Below are positions 32,343-42,828 of a stretch of 64,000 nt of DNA, one piece after another. Source of the DNA: Candidatus Chazhemtobacterium aquaticus (GTDB lineage: Bacteria; Patescibacteriota; Microgenomatia; UBA1400; Chazhemtobacteraceae). The stretch covers positions 280,984 through 344,983 of the forward strand of contig NZ_CP047901.1 in NCBI RefSeq assembly GCF_009936135.1, read 5' to 3'. The first letter of the stretch is position 1. Each line of letters begins with the position of its first letter. The position numbers and the translations under genes were made by a program. Under the pieces are notes generated by a model. It was not told the DNA's origin. It saw only the letters and a program-made list of their open reading frames with translations, and did not search any database.

Positions 32343-32858
32343 ATGATTATTACAGCTACCCAACGACAAATCTCTGTCACTCCTCGTAAAATGAGGATGA
32401 TGGCTACTGCTGTCAAAAATCTCAAGCCCCAAGAAGCAGTTAATCAGCTTAAATATTTAAACTACTCAGCTGCTAAACCTCTAAGCAAAGTAATTAAACA
32501 GGCCATTGCTAATGCTACCAATAATCACAAAATCAATCCTGACTCACTTAAAATAAAAGAGATTGTTGTTAACCAGGGTTGGACTCTCAAACGCTGGCAC
32601 GCCGGAGCACGTGGACGTGGTAAGCCCTATACTCGACGCCGCTCTCACGTCACCATCAAGCTTGAAAATGCCTCTGCCTCGACACCAAACACCTCCTCAT
32701 CAAAGAAAGCTTCAATTACCAACCCAGAAACATCTAAAACATCTAAAAAATTAGACTCTAAATTATCTGACACATCCAAAAAAACCCTTAAGAAAAAAAC
32801 GACCACCAGGCCATCATCTAAAAAAACTCTTAAGCAATCAACAAGTAATCAAAAATAA
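32343..32858 (+). CDS. rplV: 50S ribosomal protein uL22 with about 60-aa Lys/Ser/Thr tail
   Basis: TPRKMR, AIANA..N, ARGRG, SHVTI. Confidence 0.97.
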   Translation: MIITATQRQISVTPRKMRMMATAVKNLKPQEAVNQLKYLNYSAAKPLSKVIKQAIANATNNHKINPDSLKIKEIVVNQGWTLKRWHAGARGRGKPYTRRRSHVTIKLENASASTPNTSSSKKASITNPETSKTSKKLDSKLSDTSKKTLKKKTTTRPSSKKTLKQSTSNQK

Positions 32859-32864
32859 ATAACC

Positions 32865-33515
32865 ATGGGACAAAAAATTAATCCACAAGGATTCAGAACC
32901 GGCATTCTATACGACTGGAAATCCATTTGGTATGCCAATAAGCACACCTACGCTGATCTTGTCGCTCAAGACCACCAAATTCGTCGCTTTCTTGATGAAA
33001 AGCTTAAACTAGCCGGTCTTTCTCAAGTAGATATTCGACGCTCCATCAACTCTATCGACGTCTATGTATACGTATCGCGACCTGGTGTCGTCATCGGACG
33101 CGGCGGTGCCAACATTGAAGAATTAAAAAAAGACCTTATTAAGCTAGTCAACCCTAAAGGTCGCGTTCACACCAACGTCAACCTTCATCCAATGGAGATT
33201 GCCCAACCAGATCTCTCAGCTAAGCTTATTGCCAGCCAAATTGCCTATCAGCTCGAACGACGCTATCCTCATCGACGTGCCAAAGACCAAGCCATAGAAA
33301 AAGTTATGAACGCTGGTGCTAAGGGGATTAAAATCGTCTTCTCAGGCCGTATTGGTGGCGCAGATATTGGCCGGCAGGAAAAATACACCTCCGGCAAGAT
33401 ACCTACCTCCACTCTACGTGCTGACATTGATTTCGCCCACGTTCCCGCTCTTACCCGATCCGGATACGTTGGTATCAAGGTTTGGATCTACAAAGGCGAA
33501 AAACACACCAAATAA
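32865..33515 (+). CDS. rpsC: 30S ribosomal protein uS3
   Basis: MGQKINP.GFR, RPGVVIGRGG, TLRADID, GIKVWI. Confidence 0.99.
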   Translation: MGQKINPQGFRTGILYDWKSIWYANKHTYADLVAQDHQIRRFLDEKLKLAGLSQVDIRRSINSIDVYVYVSRPGVVIGRGGANIEELKKDLIKLVNPKGRVHTNVNLHPMEIAQPDLSAKLIASQIAYQLERRYPHRRAKDQAIEKVMNAGAKGIKIVFSGRIGGADIGRQEKYTSGKIPTSTLRADIDFAHVPALTRSGYVGIKVWIYKGEKHTK

Positions 33516-33557
33516 AGCTAATAGCCTAAAAGTAATCAATAAGCCAAATCAAGTAAC

Positions 33558-33962
33558 ATGCTACAACCAAGAAAACGTAAATACCGCAAAGAATTCAGAG
33601 GAACCATGAAAGGGTTCTCACAACGAGGTAACTATGTCGCTTATGGGGAATTTGGTCTCAAAGCTCTCGACCGTGCTTGGATTACTGCCCGTCAAATTGA
33701 AGCTGCCAGACGAGCCATCTCTCACCATACCAAACGCGCAGGTAAAACGTTTATTCGCATCTTTCCTCACAAACCCATCACAGATCGCCCTGCCGGATCG
33801 CGTATGGGTAGCGGAAAAGGTGACATTAGCCAGTACGTCGCCGTTATTACTCCAGGCCGAGTCCTTTTTGAACTAGCCGGAGTGGATGAAGCTACTGCTA
33901 ACAAAGCTCTCAAAAGTGCCGCTAACAAACTACCTATTAAAACCAAAATTATCGCTCGTTAA
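33558..33962 (+). CDS. rplP: 50S ribosomal protein uL16
   Basis: MLQP...KYRK, QIEAAR, RMGSGKG. Confidence 0.99.
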   Translation: MLQPRKRKYRKEFRGTMKGFSQRGNYVAYGEFGLKALDRAWITARQIEAARRAISHHTKRAGKTFIRIFPHKPITDRPAGSRMGSGKGDISQYVAVITPGRVLFELAGVDEATANKALKSAANKLPIKTKIIAR

Positions 33963-33964
33963 TC

Positions 33965-34174
33965 ATGGCTACCTCAAAAACAAAACCAAATACCAGTGCC
34001 AATATCACCGAACTCAACAAAGAGTTAACTAAAATAAATCAAGAGTTACAGGCTACCAGGCTTGACATTAAAGCCGGTGTCCAGTCTAATACCAATGCTC
34101 ACAAACCACTTAAAAGAAAAAAGGCACAACTTGTCTATCAAATCCATCAATTAACCAAACAAGCTAAAAAATAA
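33965..34174 (+). CDS. rpmC: 50S ribosomal protein uL29 (divergent)
   Basis: Position between rplP and rpsQ; helical EL..L...EL...R...KR..A pattern. Confidence 0.8.
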   Translation: MATSKTKPNTSANITELNKELTKINQELQATRLDIKAGVQSNTNAHKPLKRKKAQLVYQIHQLTKQAKK

Positions 34175-34176
34175 TC

Positions 34177-34404
34177 ATGAAAACCTTCATCGGAACCGTC
34201 AAATCAGCCAAAATGGACAAAACTGTTGTTGTTGAGGTTGTCACCTTTCGCCAACACCCACTTTACCTTAAGCGTTACAAGTTCACTAAGCGCTTCCTTG
34301 CTCATGATCCGCTTGGCGCCAAAGAAGGAGATAAAGTTCAAATTAAAGAATCACGACCTATTAGTCGCCGTAAACATTGGCAGATATCTCAAATCATCAA
34401 CTAA
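34177..34404 (+). CDS. rpsQ: 30S ribosomal protein uS17
   Basis: KMDKTVVV, HPLY.K, AHD, ESRPISRRK.W. Confidence 0.98.
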   Translation: MKTFIGTVKSAKMDKTVVVEVVTFRQHPLYLKRYKFTKRFLAHDPLGAKEGDKVQIKESRPISRRKHWQISQIIN

Positions 34405-34416
34405 TCTATCACAATC

Positions 34417-34791
34417 ATGGTTCAACTAAGAAGCATTCTCAAAGTAGCAGACAACACCGGCGCCAAACGACTTCGCTTAATTCTTGTTCACGGAGGTTCA
34501 AAACGACGTTTTGGACATGTCGGTGACATCATCACTGCCTCGGTCACTCAAGCCGACCCAAACTCTGCTGTCAAAAAAGGCCAAATGGTCAAGGCAGTTA
34601 TAGTCCGCTCTCGAAAAGAAACAGGCCGTCCTGATGGAACTTATATTCGTTTTGACGACAACGCAGCCGTCATTATTGAAAATCCCACCACCAAAGCTCC
34701 TATTGGAACCAGAGTTTTTGGTGCCATAGCTCGTGAAGTCAAGGATAATGGATTTAATAAAATTGCATCTTTAGCACCCGAAGTGCTCTAA
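34417..34791 (+). CDS. rplN: 50S ribosomal protein uL14
   Basis: [30 protein letters not shown]. Confidence 0.99.
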   Translation: MVQLRSILKVADNTGAKRLRLILVHGGSKRRFGHVGDIITASVTQADPNSAVKKGQMVKAVIVRSRKETGRPDGTYIRFDDNAAVIIENPTTKAPIGTRVFGAIAREVKDNGFNKIASLAPEVL

Positions 34792-34794
34792 ATC

Positions 34795-35130
34795 ATGAAA
34801 CTACACAAAAACGATACCATTAAAGTCCTTTCTGGAGACGACAAAGGTCGTACTGGAAAGGTCACCAGGCTCTACCCAAAGGAGAACAAGGTTCTCGTTG
34901 ATGGTCTCAACACCTATAAAAAACATCTTAAAAACCAATCCGATCAAGACTCCGGAGGGGTTGTTACACTATCTCGACCTCTACACGTATCTAAACTTCA
35001 ACTAATCTGTCCTCAATGCCACAAACCTACCAGGGTAACTTATTCTGGAACCGGTTCAAGCAAAGTCCGCCTTTGTAGTAAGTGTCACAAACCTCTCACA
35101 ATAACCACCCCGAAGAAAACCAAAAAATAA
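34795..35130 (+). CDS. rplX: 50S ribosomal protein uL24 (CxxC...CxxC form)
   Basis: D.I.VLSGDDKG..GKV, HVSK, CPQC...CSKC. Confidence 0.96.
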   Translation: MKLHKNDTIKVLSGDDKGRTGKVTRLYPKENKVLVDGLNTYKKHLKNQSDQDSGGVVTLSRPLHVSKLQLICPQCHKPTRVTYSGTGSSKVRLCSKCHKPLTITTPKKTKK

Positions 35131-35148
35131 TCACCAAAATCAAACACT

Positions 35149-35703
35149 ATGAACACTCTTAAACAAACTTTTAATCAAAATATCATTCCATCTCTCCAGA
35201 AAGAACTGAAGCTGGATAATCCCCTAGCTATTCCTCGGCTAACGAAAATAACCATTAACACTAGCTCTTCTGAATTTCACCACGATAAAGATTTGCTGGA
35301 AAAAACTATACTCTGGCTTTCTGCTATTTCCGGTCAAAAGCCAAAAACTGCTCGCGCCAAAAAATCCATTGCCACCTTCAATCTAAGAGAAGGAGATACC
35401 ATCGGTCTTTATGTCACTCTCAGAGGAGAACGTATGTATCACTTCTTCCAGAAATTAGTTAACATCGTCCTACCTCGCACCAAAGATTTCCAAGGAGTAA
35501 AACCTACCAGTTTTGATTCACGCGGCAACTATACCCTGGGTCTTAATGAGCAAATTGTCTTTCCGGAGGTTGATTATGATAAAATTGGACGTGTTCAGGG
35601 GCTAGAAATTGTCATCAGCACCTCAGCCCGGGACTCTCAATCTGCCCTTAAGCTTCTCACTGCTCTAGGAATGCCTTTTGCAAAAGAGGAGTCTAATGCA
35701 TAA
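35149..35703 (+). CDS. rplE: 50S ribosomal protein uL5
   Basis: ISGQKP, AKKSIATFNLREG, LPRTKDFQG, GNYTLG..EQIVFPE. Confidence 0.98.
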   Translation: MNTLKQTFNQNIIPSLQKELKLDNPLAIPRLTKITINTSSSEFHHDKDLLEKTILWLSAISGQKPKTARAKKSIATFNLREGDTIGLYVTLRGERMYHFFQKLVNIVLPRTKDFQGVKPTSFDSRGNYTLGLNEQIVFPEVDYDKIGRVQGLEIVISTSARDSQSALKLLTALGMPFAKEESNA

Positions 35704-35728
35704 TCACTAGTCATCATTAACATAAAAA

Positions 35729-35920
35729 ATGGCCAAAACGTCGAAAATCATCAAATCTAAACGCCTCAAAGAGAGTCAACACTCAACCAGAGGCATCAAT
35801 CGCTGTCATATATGCGGACGGTCTCGTGGATACATCCGTATTTTTGGTCTCTGCAGACTTTGTTTCCGTGAACTAGCTCATAAAGGAGAATTACCCGGCG
35901 TTGTCAAATACAGTAAATAA
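35729..35920 (+). CDS. rpsN: 30S ribosomal protein uS14, Zn-binding (type Z)
   Basis: [20 protein letters not shown]. Confidence 0.97.
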   Translation: MAKTSKIIKSKRLKESQHSTRGINRCHICGRSRGYIRIFGLCRLCFRELAHKGELPGVVKYSK

Positions 35921-35921
35921 C

Positions 35922-36308
35922 ATGGATCCCATCGCAAATTTTCTAACTCAAATCAGAAACGGCTATCTCGCTAACAAGAGTAGTATCTCCCTTCCTCATT
36001 CCCAGATCAAGGAGACTATCGCCAATATCCTCTCCCAGGCTGGTTATCTCGGCACCATCACCGTCACCGGCCAGGTACCCAGCAAGACTCTTGATATTGA
36101 GTTACTTTATCACCAAAAGCAGCCACTTCTTACCCATATCTCTCGCGTTTCTACCCCAAGCGTTCGTCGTTACGCCTCCGCTGATAAAATTCCCCACGCT
36201 CTTTCTGGCAAGGGACTAGTTATCCTTACCACCTCCAAAGGTCTTATGACTGGACGCCAGGCTCGCAAGCTTGGTATTGGCGGAGAAGTTATTTGTCAAA
36301 TTTGGTAA
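35922..36308 (+). CDS. rpsH: 30S ribosomal protein uS8
   Basis: MDPIA..LT.IRN, TSKGLMT, GGEVICQIW; start at ATG 35922. Confidence 0.98.
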   Translation: MDPIANFLTQIRNGYLANKSSISLPHSQIKETIANILSQAGYLGTITVTGQVPSKTLDIELLYHQKQPLLTHISRVSTPSVRRYASADKIPHALSGKGLVILTTSKGLMTGRQARKLGIGGEVICQIW

Positions 36309-36315
36309 ATCATCC

Positions 36316-36861
36316 ATGTCACGCATAGGTACTCAACCCATCCATATTCCCGACTCAGTCACTGTTAGCGTTGAAGGGCAGCTTATTACCGTGAAAGGCC
36401 CTCTTGGTCAACTTTCCCAAGTTATCCCCCAGTCCATCAAGCCGACCTGTAAAGACAACCAGATTACATTTACCCGCTCAGCCAATACTCCAGAAATCAG
36501 GTCGCTTCATGGCCTCGCCCGTGCTCTTGTTAACAACTTAATTACCGGCGTCACTCAAGGGTTTACCAAGGAGCTTGAGTTAGTTGGCACTGGTTACAGG
36601 GTCGCCAAAGCTGGTGATAAAATTTCTCTTTCAGTCGGCTATTCCCATCCTATAGAGGTAGAGCCAACACCAGGAGTCAATCTTGAAATTGAAGGTAATA
36701 ATAAAATCATTATCAAGGGCATTGATAAACAGTTAGTCGGCCAACTAGCCGCTAATATTCGTGCCATCAGGCCCCCCGAACCTTACAAGGGTAAAGGTAT
36801 TCGTTACTCTGGTGAAGTTGTTCGTCGCAAAGCCGGCAAAGCCGCCAAAGCAACCGCCTAA
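36316..36861 (+). CDS. rplF: 50S ribosomal protein uL6
   Basis: MSRIG, KGPLG, GYSHP, PEPYKGKGIRY; start at ATG 36316. Confidence 0.99.
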   Translation: MSRIGTQPIHIPDSVTVSVEGQLITVKGPLGQLSQVIPQSIKPTCKDNQITFTRSANTPEIRSLHGLARALVNNLITGVTQGFTKELELVGTGYRVAKAGDKISLSVGYSHPIEVEPTPGVNLEIEGNNKIIIKGIDKQLVGQLAANIRAIRPPEPYKGKGIRYSGEVVRRKAGKAAKATA

Positions 36862-36882
36862 ACCTAAACTATTCACAAAAAC

Positions 36883-37239
36883 ATGACTATCAAACACCAC
36901 CTTAATCAAAAAACCAAACGAGCCATTCGGGTCAGATCCAAAATCCACGGAACTGCTTCTCGCCCTCGTCTCTCCGTTTCTCGCAGTAGTCAACATCTAC
37001 AAGCCCAGTTAATTAATGACGATCAACGTCTTACCCTTCTAGGCCTATCAACATCTACTCTTAAAAAAACTAAAAATCTAACTAAAACAGATCTTGCCAA
37101 GCAACTTGGAACCGAGTTCGCCAAACTAGCTCTCAAACAAGACATCAACCAGGCTATCTTTGACAGAGGTGGTAATCGTTATCATGGGCGCATTAAAGCC
37201 TTCGCCCAGTCAGCTCGAGACGCAGGCCTTAAAATTTAA
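36883..37239 (+). CDS. rplR: 50S ribosomal protein uL18
   Basis: RPRLSVSRS, FDRGG.RYHGRIKA.A..AR..GL. Confidence 0.98.
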   Translation: MTIKHHLNQKTKRAIRVRSKIHGTASRPRLSVSRSSQHLQAQLINDDQRLTLLGLSTSTLKKTKNLTKTDLAKQLGTEFAKLALKQDINQAIFDRGGNRYHGRIKAFAQSARDAGLKI

Positions 37240-37250
37240 ATAACACAATC

Positions 37251-37751
37251 ATGGCAACACACACACAAGACAATTACAAACCAACTGAAGAATTCGATCA
37301 AAAAGTTCTTCAAGTTCGCCGTGTGTCCAAGAAAACAAAAGGTGGCAATCGTATCAGCTTTACTGCCTTAGTCATTGTCGGCGACCACAAAGGCAAAGTC
37401 GGCGTTGGCCTTGGTAAGGCTCCAGACGTTAAAGCTGCTGTCTCAAAGGGAGCCCGTCTTGCTAAAAGAGATATGGTCAATCTTCCCCTTGTCGAGGGCA
37501 CTATTCCTCACCGCATAGAGTACAAATTTGGAGCAGCTAAGGTCTTACTTAAGCCCGCCCCTTCCGGTACTGGTGTCATCGCTGGAGGATCAGTACGAGC
37601 CGTTGTTGAAGCAGCTGGAGTCAAAAATATTGTCGGCAAAATTCTTGGCAACAACAATAAAATGAGCAACGTTTATGCCACTCTGGGTGCGCTCAGGGCC
37701 ATAGAAACCATGTCTATTAAGTCATCCCATCGTCAAACACTTACCAAGTAA
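37251..37751 (+). CDS. rpsE: 30S ribosomal protein uS5
   Basis: [28 protein letters not shown]. Confidence 0.99.
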   Translation: MATHTQDNYKPTEEFDQKVLQVRRVSKKTKGGNRISFTALVIVGDHKGKVGVGLGKAPDVKAAVSKGARLAKRDMVNLPLVEGTIPHRIEYKFGAAKVLLKPAPSGTGVIAGGSVRAVVEAAGVKNIVGKILGNNNKMSNVYATLGALRAIETMSIKSSHRQTLTK

Positions 37752-37753
37752 AT

Positions 37754-38197
37754 ATGTCACTTCTTAATCAACTACCACCAGTTAAATCCAAACCAAAACG
37801 GCGTCTTGGTCGCGGTTATGGTTCTCAAAAAGGCGGCCATACCTCCTCACGTGGACAAAAGGGTCAAAAGTCTCGAAATAAGCTGCCCATTTGGTTTGAG
37901 GGCGGCCAGCTACCCCTTATTCGCCGTACTCCATTCATCAAGGGTAAATCGCGTTTCAATAGTCTCAAACCTAAACCAGTCACCATTACTCTTGATGAAC
38001 TCAACGCGTTCAAAGCCAACTCTACTGTTGATCTTAAATCTTTATCAACCACCCTAAGACTTTCCTCCCAACAGCTTCTTAACCAAGGTGCCAAGATCTT
38101 AGCCTCTGGTCAGATCAAAAAAGCCCTAATTGTTAAGGTACCCGCTTCAAAAACTGCTGCCAAGGCTATTCAAAAGGCCGGCGGACGAGTAGAATAG
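37754..38197 (+). CDS. rplO: 50S ribosomal protein uL15
   Basis: [28 protein letters not shown]. Confidence 0.98.
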   Translation: MSLLNQLPPVKSKPKRRLGRGYGSQKGGHTSSRGQKGQKSRNKLPIWFEGGQLPLIRRTPFIKGKSRFNSLKPKPVTITLDELNAFKANSTVDLKSLSTTLRLSSQQLLNQGAKILASGQIKKALIVKVPASKTAAKAIQKAGGRVE

Positions 38198-38202
38198 GTA
38201 GC

Positions 38203-39483
38203 ATGCAACTTCTAGCCAGCCTACGTAACCTATGGCGCATTCCCACCCTTCGTCGCAAACTGCTTATTACTCTTCTCATTCTTCTAATTTTCCGTTTTCT
38301 CGCTCATATTCCTGTTCCCGGCATTGATCGCGATACCTTAACTCAGCTATTTTCTACCTCAGCGTTTCTCACCCTGCTTGATGTTTTCTCCGGAGGAACT
38401 CTGGCTAATCTCTCCATCATGGCCCTAGGTGTTAACCCTTACATTAACGCTTCCATTATGCTGCAAATGCTCACCATGGTCATTCCTCAGCTTGAAGCCT
38501 TAAGTCAAGAAGGTGATTTTGGGCGCCAAAGAATTAACCAATACACTCGTCTTCTCACCCTACCTCTTGCCATCATTCAAAGCTTCGGACTTATTATCTT
38601 ACTTAAGAACCAAGGTATTGCTCTCATCTCCTCACCGCTTCAGATTATTAGCATCATGATCACCTTAACTACTGGTACTGTCATTCTCATGTGGCTAGGC
38701 GAGTTACTCACCGAATACGGCCTTGGTAACGGTATTTCTATTATTATCTTTGCCGGCATTGCCGGACGTCTACCCATCTCTCTTTTTCAAACCGCCTCAG
38801 TGGCTAGTTCACAAAACCTCACCAATCTTCTTGTTTTTGCTCTAATGTCACTAGTCGTCATTTATTTTGTTGTTAAAACCACTCAGGCACAACGCCAAAT
38901 TACCGTGCAATACGCCCGGCGTACTCGTCTCATGCCTACCTCGGGAGGACAACTAACTCACCTTCCCCTCAGACTAAACCAAGCTGGAGTTATTCCCATT
39001 ATCTTTGCTGTCTCCTTGATGCTTGTGCCATCCATGTTGGGTAACTTTCTCGTCAGTGCCAACCAGCCTGTACTTCAGCGTCTTGGCACTTTCTTCACCG
39101 TTAACCTCGCTCCCAACTCCTGGCTCTATATTCTTACTTACTTTACCCTGGTTGTTGGTTTCACTTTCTTTTATACCGCCGTTGTCTTTAATCCCGAAAA
39201 AATCGCAGATCAAATCAAGAAGAATGGAGGCTTTATTCCTGGAGTAAGACCCGGAACCCCTACTGTAAACTATCTCACCTATATTCTGAATCGCATCACC
39301 CTAGTCGGAGCCGCCTTCTTAGGGCTTATCGCCGTTTTACCCAATCTGGCTCAATCTGTCACTGGTATCAGCACTCTTGCTATCGGCGGTACCGGTCTTT
39401 TGATTGTTGTTTCTGTTATCTTAGAAACATCCCAAAAGGTTGAGTCTCAACTCGTCATGCATAATTACGACCGATTTCTTTAA
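38203..39483 (+). CDS. secY: Preprotein translocase SecY
   Basis: [50 protein letters not shown]. Confidence 0.99.
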   Translation: MQLLASLRNLWRIPTLRRKLLITLLILLIFRFLAHIPVPGIDRDTLTQLFSTSAFLTLLDVFSGGTLANLSIMALGVNPYINASIMLQMLTMVIPQLEALSQEGDFGRQRINQYTRLLTLPLAIIQSFGLIILLKNQGIALISSPLQIISIMITLTTGTVILMWLGELLTEYGLGNGISIIIFAGIAGRLPISLFQTASVASSQNLTNLLVFALMSLVVIYFVVKTTQAQRQITVQYARRTRLMPTSGGQLTHLPLRLNQAGVIPIIFAVSLMLVPSMLGNFLVSANQPVLQRLGTFFTVNLAPNSWLYILTYFTLVVGFTFFYTAVVFNPEKIADQIKKNGGFIPGVRPGTPTVNYLTYILNRITLVGAAFLGLIAVLPNLAQSVTGISTLAIGGTGLLIVVSVILETSQKVESQLVMHNYDRFL

Positions 39484-40043
39484 TGAATCTCATTCTTCTC
39501 GGACCACCCGGGTCAGGTAAGGGTACCCAAGCCAAACTACTAAGCCAACATTTTCAACTCAATCACATTTCTTCAGGAGAGCTTCTTCGTCAGGAAGTGG
39601 TCCAAAACACACCCAAAGGAAAGTTAATTGCCCAAATCATGAATCAAGGAGAATTGGTGCCTTTCGACACGGTCCTTGACCTCATTCTTAAACAGATTAA
39701 CACCAGTCCTAACGGTTTTATCCTAGACGGTACGCCACGCGATCTGTCCCAAGCCGAACATATGGATTGGTTTTTTAATCAAAATCACATCCATCTTGAT
39801 ACAGTTATTTACTACCAACTTGATGACCCAACTGCACTTAAACGTCTCGCCAATCGCGCCCGTGAAGAAAATCGCTCTGACGACACTCCTCAAATTCATC
39901 GTGAACGTCTGCGCATCTACCACCAAAAAACTCAACCCGTCATTGACTATTATCAAAAACAACACAAGCTAGTTACCATAGATGCTCGGCCGGATATCGA
40001 CACCATCTTCGCCAACACCCTAAAACTTATACCTAGTAAATAA
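39483..40043 (+). CDS. adk: Adenylate kinase (short LID)
   Basis: GPPGSGKGTQA, SSGELLR, LDGTPR, RSDD. Confidence 0.95.
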   Translation: MNLILLGPPGSGKGTQAKLLSQHFQLNHISSGELLRQEVVQNTPKGKLIAQIMNQGELVPFDTVLDLILKQINTSPNGFILDGTPRDLSQAEHMDWFFNQNHIHLDTVIYYQLDDPTALKRLANRAREENRSDDTPQIHRERLRIYHQKTQPVIDYYQKQHKLVTIDARPDIDTIFANTLKLIPSK

Positions 40044-40059
40044 TGTTAAAATTTCACCC

Positions 40060-40794
40060 ATGAATCAGAAAAAAATTAAATTAATGCAAGAAGGAGGACA
40101 ACTACTTGCTTCAATCAAGACCCAGCTTGGCAGTATGGTCAAACCGGGGGTTACCCCTCTAGATATCGAACGCCACGCTAACAAGCTAATCAGCCAAACT
40201 GGTGGACAGCCATCATTTAAACTGGTCCCCAACTACCATCACGCCACTTGTGTCAATGTTAACGACAGTCTAGTTCATGGGATCCCAACAAAACAGCCGT
40301 TCAAAAACGGTGACCTTGTCAGTATTGATTTAGGTCTCTACTACAAAGGCTACCATACAGATACCTCAATTACAGTGGTGGCCGGCTCTTCCTCTCCTAA
40401 GTTGCAAACATTTATTAATGTCGGCTACAAAGCCCTCGATGCAGCCATTAAGGCAGCCATACCTGGAAATCGTGTTTCTGATATCTCCAGAGCCGTCCAA
40501 ACAACCATTGAAGCGGCTGGCTACTCCGTTATTCGCGACTTAACCGGTCATGGAATTGGTACTAAGCTGCACGAAGACCCCTATATACCCAACTTCGTTG
40601 ACCCCAATCATCACGACTCAACACTGTACTCCGGTCAAACCATAGCCATTGAGCCCATGTATAGTATGGGTGATTATCAAATCAAAATCGAATCAGATGA
40701 CTGGACTATCTCGTCTCTTGACGGCAGTCTTACTGCATTAGTCGAAGACACTATAGCTATAACACCAGAGGGTCCAGTTATTCTTACCCGTTAA
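40060..40794 (+). CDS. map: Methionine aminopeptidase type I
   Basis: VHGIP, DLG...GYHTD, GHGIG..LHEDP, AIEPM. Confidence 0.97.
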   Translation: MNQKKIKLMQEGGQLLASIKTQLGSMVKPGVTPLDIERHANKLISQTGGQPSFKLVPNYHHATCVNVNDSLVHGIPTKQPFKNGDLVSIDLGLYYKGYHTDTSITVVAGSSSPKLQTFINVGYKALDAAIKAAIPGNRVSDISRAVQTTIEAAGYSVIRDLTGHGIGTKLHEDPYIPNFVDPNHHDSTLYSGQTIAIEPMYSMGDYQIKIESDDWTISSLDGSLTALVEDTIAITPEGPVILTR

Positions 40795-40848
40795 ATTAAC
40801 CTCTAACTAGCCAAAATTTGTATTTTCTGATAAAATTACTCTCACATT

Positions 40849-41070
40849 ATGGCACCTCAAAGCGAGATACAAAAAATCGATGGCACTGTCATCGAAGCCT
40901 TGCCTAATACCCAATTTAGGGTTAAACTACCCGACGACAAGGTCATACTAGCCCATCTAGCCGGACGCATGCGACTAAATCGTATTAGAGTTATGCCAGG
41001 TGATAGGGTTACCATTGAACTTACTCCTTACGACGATTCCAAAGGACGTATAGTTTATCGCAATAAATAA
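40849..41070 (+). CDS. infA: Translation initiation factor IF-1
   Basis: [31 protein letters not shown]. Confidence 0.98.
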   Translation: MAPQSEIQKIDGTVIEALPNTQFRVKLPDDKVILAHLAGRMRLNRIRVMPGDRVTIELTPYDDSKGRIVYRNK

Positions 41071-41129
41071 TTAATCAATTATCAAGCCGGTCCGCAAAAT
41101 CTAGGTCGAGCTTGGTATTTTTATGCCCA

Positions 41130-41243
41130 ATGAAAGTCAAGGCATCTGTTAAACCACGCTGCATCAAATGCAAAATTGTCCGCCGTAAAGGTCGGGTTTA
41201 CATTGTTTGTGACAATCCTCGTCATAAACAACGCCAAGGCTAA
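41130..41243 (+). CDS. rpmJ: 50S ribosomal protein bL36 (Zn-binding form)
   Basis: Hand translation [37 protein letters not shown]; below the ORF-track cutoff. Confidence 0.98.
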   Translation: MKVKASVKPRCIKCKIVRRKGRVYIVCDNPRHKQRQG

Positions 41244-41316
41244 GCCACCAGCGACAACATTTATAACTCATATCACTCAATAATTTAAATATTTAAACCA
41301 ATTAAAATCATCAAAT

Positions 41317-41721
41317 ATGCCACGTATCGCCGGAGTTGACATCCCTAACGACAAACCTATCAAGATATCTCTTACCTATATCTATGGAGTGGGTCATGCT
41401 ACCGCCTCCAAGATTCTTTCCGAGCTTAAAATCAACCCCGACCTTAAGGCCAACAAGCTTACTAACAGCCAAATTCAGTCTATCGCTAATTGGCTGGATC
41501 GTCTTCCAACTGAGGGAGATCTCAAAAAGATTGTTCGTGACAATATCCAACGTCTCAAAAGAATTGGCTCTTACCGCGGACTTCGTCACATGGCCGGTCT
41601 TCCTAGTCGCGGCCAAAGAACTCGCACTAATGCTCGCAGCATTCGTGGCCGTCGTAAAACTATCGGCGCCATGACCAAAGAAATGCGCCAAAAAATGGAA
41701 ACAGTTACCCCTACTAAATAA
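41317..41721 (+). CDS. rpsM: 30S ribosomal protein uS13
   Basis: RIAGVDIP, LTYIYGVG, YRGLRH..GLP.RGQRTRTNAR. Confidence 0.99.
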   Translation: MPRIAGVDIPNDKPIKISLTYIYGVGHATASKILSELKINPDLKANKLTNSQIQSIANWLDRLPTEGDLKKIVRDNIQRLKRIGSYRGLRHMAGLPSRGQRTRTNARSIRGRRKTIGAMTKEMRQKMETVTPTK

Positions 41722-41726
41722 TCGCT

Positions 41727-42149
41727 ATGCCAAAAGCTAACCAAAAAACCACTAAAACTAAAAACACTACCAAACCGACAGGCAGTAAATCTACACCCCA
41801 GTTAACCACCTCTGGACGCATGTACATCAAAGCGACTTTTAATAACACGCTAGTCACTTTCACAGATGATAGGGGTAACGTTATCTCCTGGACAAATACT
41901 GGTAGTGTTGGCTTTAAGGGTACTCGCAAATCTACCCCCTACGCTGCGACCACCACTATCGAGGAGGCCATCAAAAAAGCTAAGGAGAAAGGTATTAACT
42001 CAATTCAGGTTTACGTTAAAGGACCTGGTCCTGGCCGAGATGCAGTTTTGCGTGTGCTACGCAACTCAGGCCTAGATATCAATATGATTGCTGACGTTAC
42101 TCCCATCCCTCATAATGGTTGCCGACCCAAGAAACCCCGTCGCGCTTAA
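41727..42149 (+). CDS. rpsK: 30S ribosomal protein uS11
   Basis: TFNNT, GFKGTRKSTPYAA, DVTPIPHNGCRP. Confidence 0.99.
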   Translation: MPKANQKTTKTKNTTKPTGSKSTPQLTTSGRMYIKATFNNTLVTFTDDRGNVISWTNTGSVGFKGTRKSTPYAATTTIEEAIKKAKEKGINSIQVYVKGPGPGRDAVLRVLRNSGLDINMIADVTPIPHNGCRPKKPRRA

Positions 42150-42179
42150 TTAATTATTTTTAAACAAAACTAAACAATT

Positions 42180-42782
42180 ATGGCTAAATACACCGGACCC
42201 AGACACAGACTATGTCGCCGAGAAGGCGTACGCATGTGTAATGCCAAAAAATGTCCTCTAGATCGCAAAGGTGCTCAACCACCAGGACAGCATGGCCGTA
42301 AGTTTGCCGGTCGAGTCTCCGATTATGGTACTCAGCTTCGCGAGAAACAAAAAGTTAAACGTATTTATGGTGTTCTTGAAAAACAATTTCGTCGATATTA
42401 CAACCAAGCTCTTAAAACAGAATCCAACACCGGATTACGACTCCTTCAACTTCTCGAAACTAGGCTCGACAATATTGTTTTTCGCTCCCAATTTGCCCCT
42501 TCTCGCCGCACCGCTCGCCAGTTAGTCAATCACGGTCACGTTCTCGTTGATGGTCAAAAAGTCACCATTCCGTCATTCCAGCTAAAACCAGGCCAAACCA
42601 TTACTCTTAAACCAAAAACTCTTAAACTAGATCTTGTTACTGAGTCCCTTAATAGCAAGGACAAACCACCTACTTGGATCAAGCGCAAGGCAACTGTTTC
42701 ACAACTCGATCGACTCCCCGATCGCGATGACTTAAGTCAAGATATCAATGAACAATTAATTATCGAATTCTATTCACGTTAA
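42180..42782 (+). CDS. rpsD: 30S ribosomal protein uS4
   Basis: PGQHG, QLREKQK, LETRLDN, ARQLVNHGH, IEFYSR. Confidence 0.99.
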   Translation: MAKYTGPRHRLCRREGVRMCNAKKCPLDRKGAQPPGQHGRKFAGRVSDYGTQLREKQKVKRIYGVLEKQFRRYYNQALKTESNTGLRLLQLLETRLDNIVFRSQFAPSRRTARQLVNHGHVLVDGQKVTIPSFQLKPGQTITLKPKTLKLDLVTESLNSKDKPPTWIKRKATVSQLDRLPDRDDLSQDINEQLIIEFYSR

Positions 42783-42828
42783 GGATCAACTGTTATAATC
42801 TTTTGATTCTCAACGAATAAATTTATCC

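Noticed and set aside
35682-35710. AAAAGAGGAG followed by ATG at the end of rplE
   Set aside because: Opens only a 4-codon frame; lies inside coding sequence and is too far from the rpsN start
41081-41122. Imperfect stem plus T run between infA and rpmJ
   Set aside because: Several bulges and G-T pairs; too weak to call without comparative data
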